A stretch of 64,000 bases of DNA, taken from Chloroflexota bacterium (GTDB lineage: Bacteria > Chloroflexota > UBA11872 > VXOZ01). Position 1 is the stretch's first letter. Each line of letters opens with the position of its first letter. The DNA lies in contig OZ219801.1 in the NCBI GenBank assembly GCA_964291655.2, positions 224,001 through 288,000 on the forward strand, in the 5' to 3' direction. A program made the translations under genes and the position numbers. Shown piece after piece: positions 1-9,303 of this stretch. Below the pieces are notes generated by a model. The model was given only the letters and a program-made list of their open reading frames with translations, searched no databases and was not told the DNA's origin.

Positions 1-731
1 TCTCCGGCTTCTTGCTGCCTGCCGGTGTCGGTGGCTTGTCGCGCTGGGCGGGATGGGTGCTCACGACAGGCACCGGCGCTTACGATGCGGAGCAGTTCAA
101 GGCACAGTATAACACCGAGCAAGCGCGGGATACGCTGCAGTTTCTCTTTGACCTCTGGAATAAGGAGGAAATCAGCGCCAAGGATCCCGAAGGTGCCCCC
201 GTGCCCGACCACTACAAGCTGTTGCAGGCAAATCAGGCCGGCATGCACCACGACATTAGCTCGACACCTACCTTGCGCTACTTCTCCGTGCCGCGCGACT
301 TCAAGTATTGGCAGATCGGTTTTCCGTCCTCCGGTGGCCCGGACGGCCAGTTTGCCACCTCGTCATGGATGAACCCGGTGGTAACGCCACTCGGCGCCGG
401 CAACCCGGACGGCGCGGTTGAGTTCATCAACTGGTTCTGCGGGCTTGAGGTAGCAATTGTCAGGCTTGAGCTCATCAAGACGGTCGCGCCGCGGCACGAC
501 TTCTTTGCTGATCCAGCCTGGACCAAGGGCTACTCCGACCAGCCGGTGCTCAAAACGATTGAAGATCTTGCCAATCTGCCGGGCGTCTACCCCTACCGCC
601 GCTTCTTAAAGCAGAATTCCGAAATTCGACCGATGCTTGACGATGCGGTCATGGGCAAGATCGAAATCGCTACCGCGCTGGCACAAGCCGACGAGCGCGC
701 CAACCAGATCCTCAATGAGGATGCGGAGTAA
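1..731 (+). CDS. ABC transporter extracellular solute-binding protein (family 1-like), 5'-truncated by window edge
   Basis: Frame open from nt 3 (SGFLLP...). Colinear and highly similar to the C-terminal half of the SBP at 1012-2438 (shared WMNPVVTP.GAGNPDGAVEFINWFCGLEVA and LPGVYPYRR). Confidence 0.85.
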   Translation, partial: SGFLLPAGVGGLSRWAGWVLTTGTGAYDAEQFKAQYNTEQARDTLQFLFDLWNKEEISAKDPEGAPVPDHYKLLQANQAGMHHDISSTPTLRYFSVPRDFKYWQIGFPSSGGPDGQFATSSWMNPVVTPLGAGNPDGAVEFINWFCGLEVAIVRLELIKTVAPRHDFFADPAWTKGYSDQPVLKTIEDLANLPGVYPYRRFLKQNSEIRPMLDDAVMGKIEIATALAQADERANQILNEDAE

Positions 732-780
732 GTACCACTTACGCTGCTACACCTTTGGGTGAAAGCTTGCCAATAGGTGA

Positions 781-820
781 AGGAAGAAGGAGGCGCACAA
801 GAGTGCGCCTCCTTCTTCCT
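781..820 (+). terminator. Strong hairpin downstream of first SBP gene (terminator or mRNA stabiliser)
   Basis: Perfect 18-bp stem aggaagaaggaggcgcac / gtgcgcctccttcttcct with 4-nt loop aaga. Confidence 0.75.
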
Positions 821-1011
821 ATTCCTCGTCGAAAGCGCGTACATTGGCGCAGATTCTATGTGAGGAATTCCCCGCGCAGTCCCAATCTCTTGCTCGCCAT
901 TAGAGAGAGCCAGTTTCTTTTCCCTCCTTGACCACTCAAGCACAGCAAGTTAGACTCCGCAAAGAGTCATAAGGGCGCTGTATGAGTCACAGCAACAGGG
1001 AGGGGTTATCC

Positions 1012-2438
1012 ATGGAGAGTTCGGAAGAACGGAGAGTTCGGAAGAACGCAAAGGTCTGAGTAGGAGAAGTCTGCTTGCAGGCCTTGGACTAGGCACGGCC
1101 GGGGTGTTCCTGGCAGCGGCCTGCGGTGGCACGGCTACGCCGGCCATGGAAGACAAGGCCGAAGGAGCTGAGGCTCCCAAGGCCGAAGAGGAAATGAAGC
1201 AGGCTGAGGAAGCCTCACCCGTGCAGTTCCTGCACTGGTGGATTCAACGCGTCGACCCAGGTGGACTGACACCGTGGGCGTTGGAAGAGTTCACGAATCG
1301 CACCGGCATTCCGGTGGAGGAGGTGGCCAAGGATCCCATCGAGCCGCTGCGCCAGCACTTCCGCACCACTATCGCGGCCGGCACGCCGGTGGATGTAGCC
1401 TTCAACTCCATCATCTGGGCGCGCGACCACTGGGACCTGGGCTTGCTGATGGACTATGAGCCCTACCTATCGCAGTATCCGCACATCCAGGACGACCAGT
1501 ACTTCGAGGCCTCGAACCAGTTCCGCAAAACTGAAGGCGCGACGTTCGGTATTCCGGTAATGGGGCCCCAATCGCAGTCCATCGTCGTCAACGGCCAACT
1601 GCTCATCGACATTGGCCTTGATGAAAATGGTGGGAACATCAACAACTGGGACGACTTGACGGCCGCTGCCCGCGCCATGACGAAGAAGGATGGGGACAAC
1701 TTTAACGTATCCGGCTTCCTCTTGCCAGACAACGTCCACCTGGCGCGCTGGGCAGGCTGGATGCTGACGACGGGTACCGGCGCCTACGACGCGGAGCAAT
1801 ACAAGGCGTTCTATAACACCGAGCAGGCGCGCGATACGATGCAATTCCTGTTCAATCTTTGGAACAGGGAGGATGTCAGCGCTAAGTCGCCCGAAGGCGG
1901 GACTCTGACGGATCCACCACATCACGCCCTGCTGCAAGCCAATCAGGCCGGCATGCACTACGACCACACTTCAGCCCCAAAGAACCGATACTTTGAGGTG
2001 CCTCGCGACTTCAAGTATTGGTTGATGGGGTATCCATCGCATCCAGACGGTGGTCAGTTTGCCACGGCGTCCTGGATGAATCCGGTCGTCACGCCGGTGG
2101 GCGCAGGCAATCCGGACGGCGCGGTCGAGTTCATCAACTGGTTCTGCGGGCTTGAGGTAGCCTTGCGTAAGCTTGAGGTCAATAAAGATGCCTCCCCGCG
2201 GCTTGATCTCTTTGCCCATGAAGCGTGGACCGCTGGCGTTGCAGACCATCCCGTGCTCCAGACACAGGAAGATATTGCTAAGCTGCCGGGCGTCTACCCC
2301 TATAGACGCTATCTGAAGCAGAATGCCGAAGTAAAGCCGATCCTCAACGACGCCTACCAGGGCAAGATTGAAATCGCTTCCGCGCTGGCGCAAGCTGACG
2401 AACTCGCCAACCAGATCCTTAACGAGCCGGCAGAGTAG
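1012..2438 (+). CDS. Tat-exported lipoprotein ABC solute-binding protein; 5' end frameshifted by a 17-bp duplication (possible pseudogene or ACG start)
   Basis: RBS gggagggg then ATG 1012. Removing one copy of ggagagttcggaagaac gives MESSEERKGLSRRSLLAGLGLGTAGVFLAAAC (twin-Arg + lipobox) in frame with the 444-aa ORF 1104-2438. Confidence 0.8.
1014..1047. repeat. Perfect 17-bp tandem duplication
   Basis: ggagagttcggaagaac at 1014-1030 and 1031-1047. Confidence 0.95.
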
Positions 2439-2478
2439 GCACTTGCTTACGCACTGCTAGCCTGTGAGGTGAAGCAAG

Positions 2479-2506
2479 AAGGAGGCGCACGAACGTGTGC
2501 CTCCTT
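2479..2506 (+). terminator. Hairpin downstream of second SBP gene, paralogous to 781-820
   Basis: aaggaggcgcac-gaac-gtgtgcctcctt, between convergent genes. Confidence 0.7.
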
Positions 2507-2520
2507 TGCATTAGTGGTGT

Positions 2521-2553
2521 AGATTCCTCTTCGATACGCTCATCGGAATGACA
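2521..2553. repeat. REP-like palindromic half-unit (GATTCCTC...GGAATGACA type)
   Basis: agattcctcttcgatacgctcatcggaatgaca with attcc/ggaat stem. Resembles, from recall, a widespread intergenic repeat family. Confidence 0.45.
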
Positions 2554-2608
2554 ATCAATCACTATGTAACCCAGCATATTCAAGTCAGGACTCATTAGGC
2601 CAGGACCC

Positions 2609-3847
2609 TTAGAGATGTACCCAGTTCCCTTCTTGTACCACCACGCTGCCATTACGCATCACCGCCCGCACGTCCGTTAAGGCCTCGATGCGGTCCGCCA
2701 CGTCACCGTTGAGCAACACCAGGTCTGCTACCTTCCCGGTCTCAATCGTGCCAATCTCATCCTGCAGCCATATGCCTTCAGCCGCCCGTCCGGTAACACG
2801 GAAGATGACCTCTACGGGATCGAGCTTGAGCGTATGGCGCGCTTGCACAAGGCGCTGCGGCCAATTCGCGATGTTGCGGCCCATGTGATCGCTGGAGAAG
2901 TACGACTTGCACCCGCGCCGCTCCATGTCGCGAATGAGGTCGAAGCGATATTCTACCTCTCCGGGGCCTTCCCAGCCGGACACGATGCCATCTCTCCCAG
3001 CAATGGGAACCAGGGTGGCAAACACGTTCAAGTCTACGAAGATACCTTTTTCTCCCGCTTCCTGGGCGACCTCGGGCACGTATTCAACCGTTCCCTCCTC
3101 AGATCCCAGCCAATTGCAGTGTGCGAGGGCGTCCACACCCGCACGGACCGAATTGATGATGCCCTCTGTGGGATTGACGTGAGCGACGACTCGTTTGCGC
3201 AAGCGATGGGCGTCCTCAACCGCCACACGCATTTCCTCCTCTGAATATTGGGCGCGATAGCGGTTGCTAGGGGGATCGGAGGCGCCACCGGTGGCCATGA
3301 TCTTAATGAAGTCAACGCCGCGGAAGACAAGCTTGCGGATCGCTATCTTGATTTGGTCGGCGTTGTCCGCCAACTCCTCAATCCCCAGATAGTGGCCGTG
3401 ACCTGCCGTTGTGGTAATACTGGGACCCGCGGCGAGAATGCGCGGACCCACCGTCAACCCCTGGTTAATTGAGTCGCGCACATACAGCAGCGTATCCCCG
3501 ATGCTGCCGCAGTCGGCAATTGTGGTAAGGCCGGCCGCCATGGCCTCGCGCGCCGCCTGCAGCGTGTAGAGCACAATAGCCTCGCGCGGCGCATCGATGC
3601 CCGGATATGACGTGTCATCTTTGTTCTCAATCGTGAGATGCGCATGGCCGTCGATCATGCCGGGAATGAGAGAAGCGCCAGCGCCATCGATCTCGTCCCA
3701 GCCTGAGCGGTCCGGAAAGGCAGAATCAAGTTCTTGCAGCGTGCCGACAAAGGCAAGACTACCATCTTCAATTACCACACAGGAATTGCCGCGAGCCTCG
3801 CTGCCGGTGCCGTCGATTAACACGTCAGGACAGATGAGTGTCGGCAT
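2609..3847 (-). CDS. Metal-dependent amidohydrolase (imidazolonepropionase/prolidase-like group)
   Basis: PGMIDGHAH (HxH), KIMATGG, VVAH, SSD and IGTIETGKVADLVLL motifs; RBS aaggag. Confidence 0.9.
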   Translation of the reverse strand: MPTLICPDVLIDGTGSEARGNSCVVIEDGSLAFVGTLQELDSAFPDRSGWDEIDGAGASLIPGMIDGHAHLTIENKDDTSYPGIDAPREAIVLYTLQAAREAMAAGLTTIADCGSIGDTLLYVRDSINQGLTVGPRILAAGPSITTTAGHGHYLGIEELADNADQIKIAIRKLVFRGVDFIKIMATGGASDPPSNRYRAQYSEEEMRVAVEDAHRLRKRVVAHVNPTEGIINSVRAGVDALAHCNWLGSEEGTVEYVPEVAQEAGEKGIFVDLNVFATLVPIAGRDGIVSGWEGPGEVEYRFDLIRDMERRGCKSYFSSDHMGRNIANWPQRLVQARHTLKLDPVEVIFRVTGRAAEGIWLQDEIGTIETGKVADLVLLNGDVADRIEALTDVRAVMRNGSVVVQEGNWVHL

Positions 3848-4222
3848 AGTGTTCTCTCCTTGAAATTGCTGACTTCAATGACCAAGAACTATATCTATTC
3901 GTAAGAGTCGCGCCACATGCGTCATGAGCAAAGGGAGCAACTTGCCTGGGCAATCCGCCCCATTTGCGCGACGCACTCTCGGTACAGCCCGCTCGGCCTC
4001 GCACAACCGATGCGACTCTAGTGTATGGTATCTCCAGGAATCGCACACCGAATCCACAGCTTGTCCTGTACTGCATTGAGGCGTAGAGACGTACAGGTGA
4101 GCATGAATTAGAGGCTGTTAGCAGCATGAAGTCGACAAGACTCGAGCTTGGTTCAATCTAATCTGCTAACTTTGGCAAACCGAAATGCGCGATAGTGCCT
4201 TGTATAGAAAGGTTCGTGAGCA

Positions 4223-5365
4223 ATGTCCGGTGAGAACTTGAACGATCCTGCAGCCGTTGGCATGGATGCGACACAGCTTGAGCGCGCCTACGCGCTCATC
4301 GCGGGCTGGACGGAAAGTGGGTACATGCCCGCGGCAGTTCTGCACGTGGCCCGGCACGGCAAGACAGTCGGGCATCGCTCGTTTGGCCGGATTACGGTGG
4401 AACCGGGCGGCCCGTCTGCGCAGCCAGACAGCATCTTCATCATTGCTTCCATCTCCAAACCGGTAACCTACACGGCGCTGCTGCGGCTGGTAGATGAAGG
4501 CTCGGTCAGTCTCAGCGATCCGGTTTCTCGCTACATTCCGGAATTTGGCGGACGGTCCTCGGCAAGTGCGCCGGACCGCAATGCGGTACAGATACGACAC
4601 ATTTGCACGCATACGTCCGGGTTGCCGGACATGGTGCCAAACAACGTGCTGCTGCGGCGCCAGCATGCGCCCTTCTCCACCTTCATAGACCACATTTGCC
4701 GGGTGCCCCTGCTTTTCGCGCCGGGCACGGACATCTCCTATCAGAGCGCGGGCACAGCATTGGCCGCGGAGATCGTGCAGCGGGTGCGCGGGAAGCCGCT
4801 CCGAGAGGTGTTGGCCGCTGAAGTATTCCAACCACTCGGCATGAACGACACATCACTCGGCTGGAATCCGGAAAGAGAACCGCGCATCGTAGAAGCCACG
4901 CAGCCGTCGCATCTTGGCGGCTCTGACTATGATCACAATAGCCTTTACTGGCGCGAGTTCGGCGCGCCGTGGGGCGGACTCTTTTCAACGGTCAGCGACA
5001 TTGGCCGCTTCTTGGATATGTATCGCTACGGGGGATCACTGAACGGCGTCCGCATCCTTAGCCCCGCCATGGCTGCAGCCATGCTGAGCGAGCAGACCGA
5101 TGCCATGCCCGGCATTTCCACCGCCACAAAGCTGCAAGAAGGCTGGGGGCTGGGCTTCCGGCTTTACCGCCGCGCGAATCCCATGTACTTTGGCGACCTA
5201 CTTTCGTCAGGCTCGTTCGGTCACACCGGCTCCACCGGCACCTTTGCGTGGTGCGATCCAAGCAAAGAACTCACCGCCGTCTTCTTCTGCAACCAGCTCC
5301 ACGAGAGAGTCCAGCACGAGTTCCAAGTGCTTAGCAACACCATTGCGGCGGCGGTGCGCGACTAG
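4223..5365 (+). CDS. Serine hydrolase, beta-lactamase class C/AmpC-like family
   Basis: SxxK (ASISK), THTSG, FAPGT..YQS, GGLFST and FGHTG motifs. Confidence 0.9.
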   Translation: MSGENLNDPAAVGMDATQLERAYALIAGWTESGYMPAAVLHVARHGKTVGHRSFGRITVEPGGPSAQPDSIFIIASISKPVTYTALLRLVDEGSVSLSDPVSRYIPEFGGRSSASAPDRNAVQIRHICTHTSGLPDMVPNNVLLRRQHAPFSTFIDHICRVPLLFAPGTDISYQSAGTALAAEIVQRVRGKPLREVLAAEVFQPLGMNDTSLGWNPEREPRIVEATQPSHLGGSDYDHNSLYWREFGAPWGGLFSTVSDIGRFLDMYRYGGSLNGVRILSPAMAAAMLSEQTDAMPGISTATKLQEGWGLGFRLYRRANPMYFGDLLSSGSFGHTGSTGTFAWCDPSKELTAVFFCNQLHERVQHEFQVLSNTIAAAVRD

Positions 5366-5391
5366 AAGCTATTCCTGCCATTCGAGGCGCT

Positions 5392-5442
5392 TTGCAACGT
5401 CAATGACATTTACTATATTATTTAAGTATATGCGCAAATGAC
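5392..5442 (+). promoter_or_regulatory. Putative sigma70-type promoter and ArsR/SmtB operator
   Basis: TTGCAA (5392-5397), then TATATT/TATTAT (5414-5421), then an AT-rich imperfect palindrome (atttaagtatatgcgcaaat) just before the RBS ggaggtga. Confidence 0.45.
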
Positions 5443-5459
5443 GAATGACGGAGGTGAGT

Positions 5460-5879
5460 ATGGCTCAGCTCAACGCTCTCGATGCGAGTCTGGACAAAAC
5501 ACTTCATCCCGACCAAGCTGCGAAGGTCCTCGCAACAGCCTTGCGCGACGACCAATACGAAGAGCTAGCCACCTACTTCCGCGCGCTCGGCGAGCCAAGC
5601 AGAGTAAGGCTGCTGCATTGCCTGCTGAGTGCCGAACTTTGCGTATGCGATCTTGCCGCACTAACGAACCTCTCTGTAGCTGCGACCTCGCAGCACTTGC
5701 GTACTCTGCGCAATCTGCATCTCGTATCAAGGCGCCGGGAAGGCAAAGTCATGTGGTATCGGCTTGCGGACGACCATATTCGCAGCCTGCTAAGCGTTAC
5801 CCGCGAACATCTCACCCACGCGCCATCAGACTTAACACTGGACTCCCTGGCGTCAAGAGGGGAGCGTCATGACTCATGA
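5460..5879 (+). CDS. ArsR/SmtB family metal-sensing repressor (CadC/ZiaR-like)
   Basis: ELCVCDLA, SQHLRTLR and YRLADDHI...EHLTH alpha5-type site; RBS ggaggtga before ATG 5460; overlaps the ATPase start. Confidence 0.92.
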   Translation: MAQLNALDASLDKTLHPDQAAKVLATALRDDQYEELATYFRALGEPSRVRLLHCLLSAELCVCDLAALTNLSVAATSQHLRTLRNLHLVSRRREGKVMWYRLADDHIRSLLSVTREHLTHAPSDLTLDSLASRGERHDS

Positions 5880-7806
5880 CCATGACCACGCCCATACTTC
5901 CGCTGGGCTGCTGGCAGAGACCGGCACTCACCTCACCCTTGCTTCCGGTGTCTTATTAGTCGCAGGCATAATATCCAGTCTCCTTGCTGCTCCCGCAATG
6001 GCTCAGACGGCTCTTTATCTTGCCGCCATAGTGGTTGGCGGCGTGCCAATTGTGCGCGGAGCGTGGGAAGCGCTCACCGCGCACCGGCGACTTTCAATAG
6101 ATGCTCTCGTGGTCGTTGCCGTCATTGGCGCGGCTCTCCTGGGGCAATGGTGGGAAGCGGCAGCCGTGGTGTTTCTCTTCTCATTAAGCAAAATGCTGGA
6201 GGTATTCACGCTTGATCGGGCCCACAATGCCATCAACGCCCTGATGGAACTCTCTCCGGAGGAAGCCCGCATTAAAGTTGACGGACGCGAATCAACGGTG
6301 CCAGTCAAGAGTGTCGCAGTGGGCACGATCGTTGCGGTACGACCCGGGGAACGGGTTCCCGTCGACGGTGAGGTAGTCGCCGGTAGGACAACCATCGATC
6401 AATCAGCGATTACGGGAGAGAGCGCTCCGATAAGTAAGTCAACCGGCGACACCGTTTTTGCGGGTACCATCAACCAACAAGGGTACGTGGAAATTTCCGC
6501 AACGCGTCCCGCGACAGACAATGCCATTGCGCGTATCGTGCGTCTCGTGGAAGCTGCACAGCAGGAAAAAGCGCCTACGGCGCAGTTCATCGACCGCTTT
6601 GCCGCCTATTATACGCCGGGCATCGTTGTGTTAGCCTTCCTAGTTGCCGTTGTACCTTGGCTGGCGTTCGATCAACCGTTGCAGGAGTGGGTGTATCGCG
6701 GTCTTGTTCTGCTCTTGGTCGGCTGCCCGTGCGCGCTCGTCATCTCCACGCCCATCTCAGTTGTGGCCGCCATTGCCCGCTCTGCCCGCTCCGGTGTTTT
6801 GGTGAAGAGCGGCGCCGTTCTGGAATCGCTCGGTCAGGCCAAGGCTATGGCCTTCGATAAGACGGGTACGCTCACTCGCGGGCAGCCTGAAGTCACGGAC
6901 GTCATTCCGGCGGCGGGCCATAACGAAGACGAAGTTATCCAGATTGCCGACCGGTTGGAGCACCGCTCCGAGCATCAACTCGCCGCGGCTATTCTGCGCC
7001 GGGCGGGACACGACGCTACTGCAGAGGAAAGCGGTCACGTCCACACAGAGGAGGTACTCGACTTCGAAGCCGTCGCCGGCCGGGGCGTACGCGCGCGGGT
7101 CGACGGCACCGTATGCGTCTGCGGCAACCCCGACTATCTGAGGTCACTCGGCTATGACATTACTCCCTTTGAAGATTCGATTTCGGGACTGCAAGACGCG
7201 GGAAAGACCGCGCTGCTCGTAGCGGAAGACACGAAAGTAGCAGGCCTCATTGCTACCATGGATACGCTCCGTCCCGAAGCCGAGCCCACCTTGCGCGCAA
7301 TTGACGCTATGGGTATTTCGCAATTGGTCATGCTTACAGGCGATAGTGAACCGACGGCAACGGCAATCGCCAAGCAACTGCCCGTGCGAGACGTTTCCGC
7401 TGAATTGCTCCCCTGGCAAAAGGTAGTCGTAATCCGAGACCTCGTAGAGTCCCACGGCAACGTGCTCATGGTAGGCGACGGCGTAAATGACGCGCCCGCG
7501 CTTGCCAGCGCCACCGCCGGCATAACATTGGGGGGAGCCGGCACTGACGTGGCTTTGGAGACTGCGGACGTGGTGCTAATGGCAGATGATCTAAGTAAAA
7601 TCCCCTCCGCCCTACAGCTAAGCCGGAAGACCATGACGGTGATAAAGCAGAATATCACGTTCTCCCTGGGCATCAAGCTACTCGTCTTGGTACTCACGCT
7701 CTTCGGTCTGACGTACCTTTGGATGGCGATCCTGGCAGACGTGGGCGCTACGATCGTGGTGGCTGGAAATGGCCTGCGCCTACTGCGTTCATCTGATACG
7801 AGCTAG
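5869..7806 (+). CDS. cadA: Heavy-metal (Zn/Cd/Pb) translocating P1B-type ATPase
   Basis: His-rich N-terminus, ITGES, CPCALVISTP, DKTGTLT, MLTGD and GDGVNDAPALA motifs. Confidence 0.92.
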   Translation: MTHDHDHAHTSAGLLAETGTHLTLASGVLLVAGIISSLLAAPAMAQTALYLAAIVVGGVPIVRGAWEALTAHRRLSIDALVVVAVIGAALLGQWWEAAAVVFLFSLSKMLEVFTLDRAHNAINALMELSPEEARIKVDGRESTVPVKSVAVGTIVAVRPGERVPVDGEVVAGRTTIDQSAITGESAPISKSTGDTVFAGTINQQGYVEISATRPATDNAIARIVRLVEAAQQEKAPTAQFIDRFAAYYTPGIVVLAFLVAVVPWLAFDQPLQEWVYRGLVLLLVGCPCALVISTPISVVAAIARSARSGVLVKSGAVLESLGQAKAMAFDKTGTLTRGQPEVTDVIPAAGHNEDEVIQIADRLEHRSEHQLAAAILRRAGHDATAEESGHVHTEEVLDFEAVAGRGVRARVDGTVCVCGNPDYLRSLGYDITPFEDSISGLQDAGKTALLVAEDTKVAGLIATMDTLRPEAEPTLRAIDAMGISQLVMLTGDSEPTATAIAKQLPVRDVSAELLPWQKVVVIRDLVESHGNVLMVGDGVNDAPALASATAGITLGGAGTDVALETADVVLMADDLSKIPSALQLSRKTMTVIKQNITFSLGIKLLVLVLTLFGLTYLWMAILADVGATIVVAGNGLRLLRSSDTS

Positions 7807-7989
7807 GGTCGTTTGCCTGCACAAGATGCACCGCGTAGAGCGCAGAATGCGCCGACGGCATTGATCGCGCTCGGCACAAGCGATTCAGAATTGCTATGAT
7901 GGCTGCGAGGCGTCGAGTGGTAATTCCGTAGAGAAGAGCCGCTGACAAGCCAAGTCTACAAAGACCAAGAAGTCTAAACTGGTGTTTAC

Positions 7990-8397
7990 ATGGGCTCTAC
8001 AGCAGCAGGACACGTGGGACAATCCGACCAAGAGCTAAAGCGCGCCAGCAAGGGTCGCATTGAATCCGTGCTCAGCCTGCTCGACACTGGCGAGCAGCAG
8101 CTCTACGTGCTGCACGTACGGCTGCTCCCTCAAGCCCGCACCTTGCGGCGGCGCTTCCGTGAAGTCGACGCCCTGCGCCTCATGGGGTTCACGCCGCGGC
8201 CGGAGTGTCCCTACTTCCCGTACCAGTGCTTCTACGCCGGCTGTTACTACCGCGAACTCGGCGAGGCGCCAGACGACGCCACGCGTAAGCGCTTTGAGGA
8301 AATCTTCGATAAGTCTTTGGACTCCCTTGCAGAAGCCATCGAGCACATCCTGGCCGGCGCATGGCTCGCTGAAGAGATCGGATTACCGCTAAAGTAG
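7990..8397 (+). CDS. Hypothetical protein with Cys/Tyr cluster
   Basis: 135-aa ORF with coding-like GC3 bias filling the gap; upstream TG-n-TATGAT (~7892-7900); no family recognised. Confidence 0.65.
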   Translation: MGSTAAGHVGQSDQELKRASKGRIESVLSLLDTGEQQLYVLHVRLLPQARTLRRRFREVDALRLMGFTPRPECPYFPYQCFYAGCYYRELGEAPDDATRKRFEEIFDKSLDSLAEAIEHILAGAWLAEEIGLPLK

Positions 8398-8462
8398 TCT
8401 GCTCAATTTGAGCGCAATCTCACTTCTTGCGAATTCGCCATTGGCGCGTTGCGCACGTGGTC

Positions 8463-9050
8463 CTAGTAGTCGAACTGGGGTTCCCATTCGCCAGGACCCT
8501 CTTGCAGGAGATCGAATAGGTGCCAGACCCCGCAATAGAAGTCTCCGGGGCCGAAGAAATCCCGAGCAACGCGCGTGATGGTTCCGCCGTCGCTTTTATG
8601 GAAGACGGAAACACCTGGCATGGCGTGCGATTCGAAGTGCTCCTCCTCCGATCCGTATCCCATGTCTTCAATGAACGTCGTGCCGCCGGCTGAATACATC
8701 CGAAACCGCCAGCCCCGGCGCGTGGCGAGACTCTGTTGGGTCTCAGGAGGATCGGGTGACACGACGACAAACGCCGCGCGGCTTTCCAGATGATGGAGCA
8801 CCCCGTTGAACTCATCGGCCCACATCGTGCAGTAGGGACACCCCGATCCCATATTGTGAATCAGGATTAGATCAGACTTGTCGCCAAACATGGCCGATAG
8901 CTGCACCCCACCGACCGGACCTGTGAGTTCGTAATCCTCAACGGGCTCCGTGGGCAATTGGCGACGAAGCTCGACGAGCTTCCGTTTGGCCCTCTCCAGC
9001 TCCTCGAACGCTGCGGCAAGCTGGGTCTCTATATTCGCTTGCTCTGTCAC
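8463..9050 (-). CDS. DUF899 family thioredoxin-like protein
   Basis: LRRQLP..PVEDY, HNMGSGCPYCTMWAD and PGVSVF motifs. Likely GTG start at 9050 behind aaggaggag; the ORF track's 9221 start is over-extended. Confidence 0.85.
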   Translation of the reverse strand: MTEQANIETQLAAAFEELERAKRKLVELRRQLPTEPVEDYELTGPVGGVQLSAMFGDKSDLILIHNMGSGCPYCTMWADEFNGVLHHLESRAAFVVVSPDPPETQQSLATRRGWRFRMYSAGGTTFIEDMGYGSEEEHFESHAMPGVSVFHKSDGGTITRVARDFFGPGDFYCGVWHLFDLLQEGPGEWEPQFDY

Positions 9051-9303
9051 AGGGCTCCTCCTTGCTAAGACGATACCGAGTGCTTGCTTCGGCACAGATT
9101 TCTGCCTCATCGGGAAGAGTGGGATACGACGTAGCTTCACCTGTGGCAGTCGGGCGCTGCGAGCGCGATGCCCTTCCGGCACTTGCAAGGTGCACGCACC
9201 AGCGGGTAGCCGGTCACTCACATATGCTCTCAGCTATTGAGTACAGCTTGTTCCGCGAATTGTCGTCAGGCATCATAAGCACTCACTAGATCGCGGAAAC
9301 TGC

